Both the position numbers and the translations under genes were made by a program. This document shows positions 57,418 through 64,000 of a DNA stretch of 64,000 nucleotides, piece by piece; within the stretch, counting starts at the first letter, position 1; each line of letters begins with the position of its first letter. The notes beneath the pieces are model-generated. The model saw only the letters and a list, made by a program, of their open reading frames with translations. It did not search any database and was not told the DNA's origin. The DNA is from Chloroflexota bacterium (GTDB lineage Bacteria; Chloroflexota; Chloroflexia; Thermomicrobiales; UBA6265): contig JAEWEG010000054.1 in NCBI GenBank assembly GCA_023389575.1, forward strand, positions 728 through 64,727, read 5' to 3'.

Positions 57418-58451
57418 CAGACGGGCTCCACCGGCGTGTCTTCGAACTGGAGGGCGCCTTCATATAGCCGGCGGATGATGGACTCCGCCGAGGGCTCCTC
57501 GATGGCGATATCGGCGATCGGCAGGGTGGTGGCGAGGGCGCGAATGATCTCGCCCGAGGTGGTGACGCGGCTGTCGAAGGTGACCTCCACCGTGGTGGGG
57601 TCCGGTTGGGCCACATCGTGGAACGGGAGACGTTCCAGCGCCTGACTGGCGGCGAATACCTGATCCGCTGGTTCCGTGAATGTGATGCGCACCTTCTTCT
57701 CCCAGCCGAAGCGGGCGGTGATGTCGGCGAAGGCACCGTCGTAGACGATCCTGCCGCGGTCGATCATGATCATGCGGTCGCAGAGTTCCTGGATGTCGCC
57801 CAGGTCGTGCGAGGTGAGCATCACGGTCAGGCCACGTTCGCGGTGCATGAGGCGGATGAACTCGCGGAACCGGGCCTTGACCGCGACATCGAGACCGATG
57901 CTCGGTTCGTCCAGGTACAGCACCGGCGGGGCATGGATGAGGGAGGCGGCCAGGTCGCACCGCATGCGCTGGCCCAGCGAAAGCTGGCGGGTTGGGACGT
58001 GGAGCAGCGACTGGAGATCGAGCACCTCGACGAGCTGGTCGAAGGTCTCCTTGTACTCATCGGCGGGCAGTTCATGGATGTCGCCGAGGAGGCGAAGCGA
58101 TTCCACGACCGGAATGTCCCACCACAGTTGCGTGCGCTGGCCGAACACCACGCCGATGTTGCGGGCGTTTTGCACCCGGTGCTGGTAGGGCTGGATGCCC
58201 TGGACGGTTACCTCACCGCTGGTGGGGACGAGGATGCCGGTGAGCAGCTTGACGGTGGTGGACTTGCCCGCGCCGTTGGGGCCGACGTAGGCGACCGATT
58301 CGCCGGGTTCGATGGCGAGATCGATGGAGTCGACGGCGGTGAATTCCGTGTATTGGGGGCGCACGAGGTGACGGAGGGCGCCGGTGAATCCGGGCGGCTT
58401 GAGCGGACGCCGGAAGCGTTTGGTCAGTTCCCTGGCCTCGATGATCGGCAT
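57417..58451 (-). CDS. ABC transporter ATP-binding protein
   Basis: Walker A is GPNGAGKST, the signature is LSLGQRMR, and Walker B is VLYLDEPS. The start is at MPIIEAREL. Confidence 0.9.
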   Translation of the reverse strand: MPIIEARELTKRFRRPLKPPGFTGALRHLVRPQYTEFTAVDSIDLAIEPGESVAYVGPNGAGKSTTVKLLTGILVPTSGEVTVQGIQPYQHRVQNARNIGVVFGQRTQLWWDIPVVESLRLLGDIHELPADEYKETFDQLVEVLDLQSLLHVPTRQLSLGQRMRCDLAASLIHAPPVLYLDEPSIGLDVAVKARFREFIRLMHRERGLTVMLTSHDLGDIQELCDRMIMIDRGRIVYDGAFADITARFGWEKKVRITFTEPADQVFAASQALERLPFHDVAQPDPTTVEVTFDSRVTTSGEIIRALATTLPIADIAIEEPSAESIIRRLYEGALQFEDTPVEPV

Positions 58452-58602
58452 GGGCGATTCTCCGGGGCAATTGACCACAGTTTTGTTGATGAATCTGTGA
58501 TCGCAGGATAGCACGCCGGCGATCCGTTCTCGCGTTTTTCTCCCTTGGGCCATCGCTATACTGGAGGGAGCGAGAGCAGATTCACGGGAAGGTACACGCG
58601 CA

Positions 58603-58902
58603 ATGGCCCTGACAATCCATCTTCGAGACGACCTGCGGCGATTTGTCGAGCGCGAAGTGTCCAAGGGACGGTACGCCAGCGAGGATGAGGTGATCGAGGC
58701 CGCGCTGGAGCAGCTTGCCGATGCGCCGGAGCCCATCATCGAGCCGACGATGACGGTCGCCGAAGCGGTGGCCGAGGCGATGAGCCAATACGAGCGTGGC
58801 GAGGGCGAGCCGTATACGGATTCGTTCATGGCGGAGTCGCGGGCACGAGCCATTGAAAACGCACGACGAGGACACAAGGTTCGGGATGAAATCCGCTACT
58901 AA
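58603..58902 (+). CDS. parD: ParD-type RHH antitoxin with a roughly 55-aa C-terminal extension
   Basis: LTIHLRDDLRRFVEREVSKGRYASEDEVIEAALEQL follows the ParD/COG3609 pattern. Confidence 0.75.
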   Translation: MALTIHLRDDLRRFVEREVSKGRYASEDEVIEAALEQLADAPEPIIEPTMTVAEAVAEAMSQYERGEGEPYTDSFMAESRARAIENARRGHKVRDEIRY

Positions 58903-59167
58903 TCTTTGGATTCTGCCCGAGGCGCGTACCGATATCGACGAGATCTATCAATACACCATGACCAATTGGGATATGGATCAAGCCGAGAAGTACCAGCTGC
59001 TGTTGGATGAAGCGTTCCAACGAATCAAACAGTTTCCAGAACTTGGCAAGGATGCCGGGAGCGGGGTTCGGGAGTTGGTCTTGCGTCATCACATCGTGCT
59101 CTACCGGTACGACGATGACACGGTGAGCATCCTGCGTGTACTCAATCCTCTTCGGCTACGCCGATAG
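58886..59167 (+). CDS. parE: ParE/RelE-family toxin
   Basis: The ATG lies inside the parD 3' end. LPEARTDIDEIYQY...HHIVLYRYDDDTVSILRVL follows the ParE pattern. Confidence 0.75.
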   Translation: MKSATNLWILPEARTDIDEIYQYTMTNWDMDQAEKYQLLLDEAFQRIKQFPELGKDAGSGVRELVLRHHIVLYRYDDDTVSILRVLNPLRLRR

Positions 59168-59210
59168 TCCGTTGAGCGGCCCTGGCTGACGCTGAAGAAG
59201 CGAGGCGACC

Positions 59211-59408
59211 ATGGATCGACAGTCAGAAGAGCTCGCCCCATGCGGTAGACCGACAATCACGGTCGCCGAGGCCGTGGCCGAAGCGATGGAGCAATACGGG
59301 CGCGGTGAGGGGCGTGCGCTATCGGACGAGGTGTGGGAGGAAATCCTGCGCGACTCGGAGCGTGACGCCGCATTGGGTTTACCAGTGCGCGATGAGATCA
59401 AGTACTGA
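59211..59408 (+). CDS. Small ORF paralogous to the C-terminal extension of ParD
   Basis: PTITVAEAVAEAMEQYGRGEG...LPVRDEIKY* compares with ParD PTMTVAEAVAEAMSQYERGEG...HKVRDEIRY*. GAGG lies 6 nt before the ATG. It may be a remnant rather than a functional gene. Confidence 0.4.
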   Translation: MDRQSEELAPCGRPTITVAEAVAEAMEQYGRGEGRALSDEVWEEILRDSERDAALGLPVRDEIKY

Positions 59409-59543
59409 CAAATAGCTTCCCCAGGATGCGGCACTGGAGCAATCGGTGACGTTCGCATGCGCAACGTCGGGTGAAGACAAGCGTCGCCGCTATCAGGTTC
59501 GCGAAGTTCTCGTCTCAATACCCGCGCCGGGCAATTGGGTGAG

Positions 59544-60347
59544 CTACTTCGGGCGGTAGCCGCGGACCGACCGCGCGGCGCCGGTTTTTGGGTAGGCGCC
59601 GGGCGGTCGTTGCTGGTCGGGTGGAAACTCGAACATGCCAAGCATCAGCTGCATCGGGTAATCGAATCCCTGGTACACGGTGTGGACCAGCGCATTGTCG
59701 ACGTAAAAGCGGACCTCGCTGGCGTTCCATTCCGCGCCGTAGGTGTGCCATTCACTGGCGTCGATCGGCGGGCGAGGCGTGACCATGTCGTCGGTGAGGC
59801 GTGGGTCGTGATGGGCCTTGAGTCCGAGGCTGAGTTGCGATTGGTCGTGGCCGATGGCGTTCCCGAAGAGTTCCACCACGCAGATTTCGCCGGATTGCTC
59901 GGGCGAATCCTCCTCGAATCCGACGAGCCAGAACGCGAGCATGGTTGTGGGGTCCACGTCGGCGCGCAGGGTGGCTTCCACGGCGCCTATCCGTGGCGTG
60001 TAGAGGCGGCGAGACGCCTGGGCGGTGCGCACGATCTGGCCGGAGACGTGACGATGCTGGCCCTGGGGTGAGCCAACCGGACCCGACCACGTGCCGGTCT
60101 GGATGCTGGAGACGCGAAGCTCGCCTTCCTCCGGGCGCCAGGAAGGCTGATCGGCGTCGATCCGAAAGGTGATCACGCCGTCGGCGAGATCGTAGCGGGC
60201 CTCCGAGCGTTCGGGAGTGGTCCAGTGGGGGATGTAGTGGTTCACCCAGCGCGACTGATCGAGGATCGGTGCGTCGAATTGTCCGTCGAACTCCAGTTCG
60301 TAAAGCGACCGGTCGAAGGTGGTTCCCGTCGAAAGAGAAGAACTCAT
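59544..60347 (-). CDS. GH16-like / concanavalin-A-like glucanase-fold protein
   Basis: AGGAGA precedes the ATG. SGEICVVELFG sits at the position of the GH16 E-x-D-x-x-E motif. WHTYGAEWNASEVRFYVDN is typical of the fold. Confidence 0.65.
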   Translation of the reverse strand: MSSSLSTGTTFDRSLYELEFDGQFDAPILDQSRWVNHYIPHWTTPERSEARYDLADGVITFRIDADQPSWRPEEGELRVSSIQTGTWSGPVGSPQGQHRHVSGQIVRTAQASRRLYTPRIGAVEATLRADVDPTTMLAFWLVGFEEDSPEQSGEICVVELFGNAIGHDQSQLSLGLKAHHDPRLTDDMVTPRPPIDASEWHTYGAEWNASEVRFYVDNALVHTVYQGFDYPMQLMLGMFEFPPDQQRPPGAYPKTGAARSVRGYRPK

Positions 60348-60610
60348 GCGGGCGTCTCCTGGCCAGGCGGCGGCATCGCGGATGGCTCGATCATACCGCC
60401 GGGTAGCGATAGCACACGCCGGTTGAGATAGACGGAACGGTCCACCACCCGGTTCGTCCATGATGCGTCGAGATCGGCTGCCAGTACATCCTTTCACGCG
60501 AGCGAGGAAACCGCACGGGCGCCAGGGAGAAGAACGCCACAGGCCCGGGATGCTTTCGCGTCCCGGGCCTGTGTGGTGTGCGTCGATTGTCTCGCGCCGG
60601 TGGGGACGTG

Positions 60611-61324
60611 CTATCCCTCCGGAGTCGCGGCCGGGGTCGCGCCATCGACCGGGGCGAAGAGGACCGCGCAGGCGATGCGGTCGCCGCTTTCGCCTGACGG
60701 ATCGGTGTGGAGGTCGTCGGCACCGGCATGGATCACGAGGGCGCTGCCGTCGGCGTCGGCCAGGGAGTTCTCCGCGTCGACCGCCAGTGTCACCGAGCTC
60801 GTGGTGACTTCCACGGAGAGCCGGCCGTTGTCCTGAACGGTGACGTTGCCGAGGTCACCGGCGTGCGATTCCGTGCCATCCGCGACCGGGGAGGCGGGGG
60901 CTTCCGGCACCGGCGTGCCTTCGCTGACGAGCGGGACGACGGTCGCGTTACCCGGGCCATGGGCGGCTCCGGTTGGGTTGAAGTGACCGCCCGCCGAGGC
61001 GAACGGCGAGTCGCCCTCGACGTCGCAGACGCCGGTTTCATGGATGTGCAGGCCGTGCTCGCCGGGTGGGAGGTTCGAGACGGTGATGGTCAGGGTCAGC
61101 GCGCCTTCGGACTCCGAGCCGATCACGGTGCCGATCTGGAGACCGTCGGTGTTGAGAACGCCGACCGCCGAGATGGATGACCGCTGCGTGGATTGCGTGG
61201 CCGGTGTCGCGTCCTGGGCGGTGGCGAAGCCAACGCTGGCCAGGGAGAGAACGCCCGCGCAGGCGGCCATGAGTGGGGTTCGCCAAGAAGAAAAGAGGCC
61301 TGAACTGGTTCCTGCTGCTGTCAT
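60611..61324 (-). CDS. sodC: Cu/Zn superoxide dismutase, secreted
   Basis: HGLHIHETGVC, GGHFNP, HAGDLGN and LVIHAGADD...GDRIACAV are present. GGGAGGG precedes the ATG. Confidence 0.85.
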   Translation of the reverse strand: MTAAGTSSGLFSSWRTPLMAACAGVLSLASVGFATAQDATPATQSTQRSSISAVGVLNTDGLQIGTVIGSESEGALTLTITVSNLPPGEHGLHIHETGVCDVEGDSPFASAGGHFNPTGAAHGPGNATVVPLVSEGTPVPEAPASPVADGTESHAGDLGNVTVQDNGRLSVEVTTSSVTLAVDAENSLADADGSALVIHAGADDLHTDPSGESGDRIACAVLFAPVDGATPAATPEG

Positions 61325-61723
61325 TTGCCCTCCCGATTCGCGGGAACACGCACATCGCGCATCCCAAGGTGTATGGTCCTGGCCCGCGTGACACCGGCAC
61401 CCACCGGATCGCGTGGAAAAGTCCCGGCCAGAACGGTGATGCCTGGCGACGTGGCGCACCGGTGGAGGCAGCGCCTTTGCCATGGTCCTGACAGCTACCG
61501 TGCGGTCAGGGTATGAGCGGTTCGCATGGAACGTGCCAGGCGCGAGGTTTCATCTTACTCGTGGTGCCCGGTTTGTCCAATGGGTTCGCCGGGCAAACAT
61601 GCAATCATTTCGCGAACGTGAAGCGTTGAACGGGATCGATGGGGGGCGCTTGAGGGGAATCCGCCCGTGCCGCGGAGTTGGCACCCGCTCGATCTCGATC
61701 TCGCGGTGGCCTGGGGAAGCCTG

Positions 61724-62317
61724 TCAGTCGCTGGCGATTGGTGTCGCGAGGGCGTGGGGATGGTAGGCCCACGGGTTACAGACCCAGATATCGGTGTTTT
61801 CTGGTTCCGAGGATGCGAGCGTGGGGGTGCTGTTAAAGGACAGCGGATCCGATCCCGAGAAATGCTCGATGCAATCGCTGGCGCCATCGCCATCGGTATC
61901 GAGGATCGTGGGGTTGGTGCCGATCCGCGGGCTGAGTTCCTGGTCGTCCCTGAGCCCGTCGCCGTCGGTGTCCGGGTTGGTGGGATCGATGCCCGCCGAG
62001 ATTTCCTCGGCGTCCGAAAGGCCATCGCCGTCGGTATCCGGGTTGAGGGGACTGGTTCCGAGTTGGACTTCCTCGCCGTCGGTCAGGCCGTCGCCATCGG
62101 TATCGGCATTGTTGGGATCGGTGCCTTCCCGTGCCTCCATTGCGTTGGTGAGGCCGTCGCCGTCCCAGTCCTGTTCGCCTTCGTCGATATCCACTTCTGT
62201 CTGAGCCATGGCCGCGCTGGATGACTGGTCGGCGCTCGACGCGATGGCCGGGGCGGGAATGGCGAGCACCAGGAGAAGGATGACGATTGATCTGGTGAGG
62301 ACGCGGATGGAATGCAT
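61724..62317 (-). CDS. Secreted protein with thrombospondin type-3-like calcium-binding repeats
   Basis: There are five or more D-x-D-x-D-G-x-x-D-x-x-E units ([60 protein letters not shown]). A signal peptide is present. Confidence 0.75.
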   Translation of the reverse strand: MHSIRVLTRSIVILLLVLAIPAPAIASSADQSSSAAMAQTEVDIDEGEQDWDGDGLTNAMEAREGTDPNNADTDGDGLTDGEEVQLGTSPLNPDTDGDGLSDAEEISAGIDPTNPDTDGDGLRDDQELSPRIGTNPTILDTDGDGASDCIEHFSGSDPLSFNSTPTLASSEPENTDIWVCNPWAYHPHALATPIASD

Positions 62318-62539
62318 GAACGCTCCTGCCCTTCTGGGGTCCGGGTGATGGAAGCGAAACACCGAGGCCCCTTAGGTGACCATAAGCATACGCGAGGCAG
62401 GCAAGGGGCGATAGGGTACGTTCGGGCTTGACAGTGGTCCGGGCGGGTTCAGGCGAGGTCGGATCCGTGTCCATGGAAGCTTGCTCATGTAGAGTAAGCG
62501 GGTTCGATCGTCGTATTTACATGAGGGGACATTCGGTAC

Positions 62540-63127
62540 ATGACACAGGGACAGGATCGATTGAAGGTTATGGTCGTCATCGCGAGCACTCGGCCAAGCC
62601 GCGTGGGCCTATCGGTGGGGACGTGGATCCGGGGGCTGGTGGAGAGCGACCCGGGGTGGGATCTGACGGTCGCCGACCTGAAGGAACTCGATCTGCCGAT
62701 GATGAACGAGCCGAAGCATCCCCGGTTCAAGGAATACCAGTACGACCATACCAAGCGCTGGAGCGAGATGGTCGACGCGCAGGACGCGTTCATCTTCGTG
62801 TTTCCCGAGTACAACCACGGGATGACCGCGCCGTTGAAGAACGCGATCGACTATCTCTCCCAGGAGTGGGGGCACAAGCCGGTCGGGTTGGTGAGCTACG
62901 GGGGAGTTTCGGCCGGATTGCGTGCCACCCAGCAGGTGAAGACGGTCGTGGCGGCGCTGAAGATGATGCCGCTCTCGGAGGCGGTGACGATTCCGTCCGT
63001 CAGCGATCAAGTGAAGGATGGGGTGTTCGTGCCGACCGAATCGGCGACCGGCGCGGCCGGCGTGATGCTGGCACAGCTGCGGCGGTGGGCCGACGCCATG
63101 AAGCCGCTCCGGACTGGCCAGCTATAG
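62540..63127 (+). CDS. NAD(P)H-dependent FMN reductase family oxidoreductase
   Basis: KVMVVIASTRPSRVG, FVFPEYNHGMTAPLKNAIDY and VSYGGVSAG are present. Confidence 0.85.
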   Translation: MTQGQDRLKVMVVIASTRPSRVGLSVGTWIRGLVESDPGWDLTVADLKELDLPMMNEPKHPRFKEYQYDHTKRWSEMVDAQDAFIFVFPEYNHGMTAPLKNAIDYLSQEWGHKPVGLVSYGGVSAGLRATQQVKTVVAALKMMPLSEAVTIPSVSDQVKDGVFVPTESATGAAGVMLAQLRRWADAMKPLRTGQL

Positions 63128-63163
63128 CGGCCTCAACCCACGGCGAATCCGATGCCATGACGT

Positions 63164-63201
63164 GAACGATCCGGCCTGGAGCATTCCAGGCCGGATCGTT
63201 C
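63164..63201. terminator. Bidirectional hairpin terminator
   Basis: gaacgatccggcctgg-agcatt-ccaggccggatcgttc forms a 16-bp stem between convergent genes. Confidence 0.6.
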
Positions 63202-63222
63202 GATGATGTCGCCAGGTGATGG

Positions 63223-64000
63223 TTACGCCGGTGGGGCGACGCCGTCCACGCGGACGATGGCGCCAGCGGGCATGCCGGGGCCGGACATCAGCGCGTAGAC
63301 GGTGACGTAGAGGTTGCCGTCGCCGTCGAAGGTGATGCCGTGGGGCATGACGAGGCCCTCGACCGCCGGCTCGGCGGTGCCGTCCGGCAGGATGCGGAAG
63401 ATGGTGCCAATCGGGGCGCCGGCCGGATCATCGAACAGCTGCGAGAGGTAGAGGTTGCCATCCGGGCCGGAGGCGAGGCCGGTGACGAACGATCGCCCCG
63501 TGGTAACCGTGGTAAAGGTGGCGAAGTCGCCATCGCCGGAAACGGAGACGACCGACGGACCATCTTCCGGCCAGAACTCGCTGAGCAGCGACAGGTGATA
63601 GTTGCCATTGTGGTAGACACCGGCGGTTGGGACCGGCTGGCGTGGCTCGTTGTCGCTTTCCGGGAGGAGGGCGGCCAGATCGGGGACCACAGCGCGGAGC
63701 TGCATGGCGCCGGTTTCCGTATCGACGGAGAACACGGTGTTCGAGCCAGCGTCATTCACCGTCAGGCGGCCGTCGTTGTCACCGGTGGACACCTGGTAGA
63801 CGTTCGGGTTCACGTCGGTGCCGTCCGGGTTGTTCTCGATTTCGTAGGTGTTGAATTCGGCGATCTGGGTGGCTTCGCCAGTGGCGGGATCGAGCCGGAA
63901 GAGCCCGTTCTCGCCTTCGAGGATCTCCACGCCGGCGCTGACCGCCATGCCGCCGATGGTGAAGTAGATGACGCCGTCCTGCACGGTGATGCCCTGCGGG
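63223..64000 (-). CDS. ScyD/ScyE-like or NHL-type beta-propeller protein, 5' end outside the window
   Basis: The frame is open to the window edge. GPDGNLYLSQ and DGDGNLYVTV are propeller-blade motifs. Confidence 0.6.
   Translation of the reverse strand, partial: PQGITVQDGVIYFTIGGMAVSAGVEILEGENGLFRLDPATGEATQIAEFNTYEIENNPDGTDVNPNVYQVSTGDNDGRLTVNDAGSNTVFSVDTETGAMQLRAVVPDLAALLPESDNEPRQPVPTAGVYHNGNYHLSLLSEFWPEDGPSVVSVSGDGDFATFTTVTTGRSFVTGLASGPDGNLYLSQLFDDPAGAPIGTIFRILPDGTAEPAVEGLVMPHGITFDGDGNLYVTVYALMSGPGMPAGAIVRVDGVAPPA

Noticed and set aside
61830-62210. Periodic DNA repeats of about 36-45 bp that could be mistaken for a CRISPR-like or minisatellite array.
   Set aside because: They are the coding repeats of the thrombospondin type-3 DxDxDGxxDxxE units in an intact ORF. 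There are no unique spacers and the units are not identical.
1-64000. A by-eye search for tRNA, rRNA, CRISPR arrays, integrases, transposases, reverse transcriptases or obvious defence genes.
   Set aside because: None was recognised. No T-loop-type GGTTCGAATCC context, regular repeat-spacer array or recombinase motif was seen. This is a visual scan only; tRNAscan-SE, Infernal and CRISPR finders would be needed to confirm absence.

Overview
GC-rich bacterial chromosomal segment with many Tat-type signal peptides and about 55 protein-coding genes on both strands. By eye I found no rRNA, tRNA, CRISPR array, transposase, integrase or phage gene. Taxon cannot be fixed from the sequence alone.

Gene content, in order:
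- A truncated multi-PAS/GAF GGDEF signalling gene, two class-C-type serine hydrolases and a metallophosphoesterase.
- A GH127-like enzyme, an arylsulfotransferase-family protein, MFS and EamA exporters, and a MerR/GyrI regulator.
- A PadR regulator, an M14 carboxypeptidase, and methyltransferase, DinB and glutathione-peroxidase genes.
- A LacI-controlled sugar ABC uptake operon whose only enzyme is an ADP-ribosylglycohydrolase-fold protein.
- An amidohydrolase-2/Rieske pair, a BAAT-type hydrolase and an arylsulfatase.
- A GH32-like enzyme and a FemAB / ATP-grasp / MurJ cell-wall cluster.
- A multicopper oxidase, a DUF990-type ABC-2 exporter, a GH16-like protein, Cu/Zn SOD, a TSP3-repeat protein and an FMN reductase.
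- Three type II toxin-antitoxin loci: vapBC-like, mazEF-like and parDE-like.

I did not find a clear-cut novel multi-gene system. The strongest unexplained signal is a roughly 145-nt AT-rich non-coding element present twice in inverted orientation (7170-7313 and 16851-16995). One hairpin shows two fully compensatory base-pair changes between the copies. The two copies bracket a 9.5-kb seven-gene block.

Other notable signals:
- A perfect 69-bp tandem duplication carrying one nonsense change that splits a secreted-protein gene.
- A rearranged LacI pseudogene with about 100-bp direct repeats around a hydrolase gene.
- Decayed or partly duplicated TA cassettes.
- A (TGGTGGC)x5 microsatellite in a 5' leader.
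- An intergenic repeat with mutually exclusive hairpins inside the sugar operon.

All family calls rest on motif recognition by eye. No searches were run.
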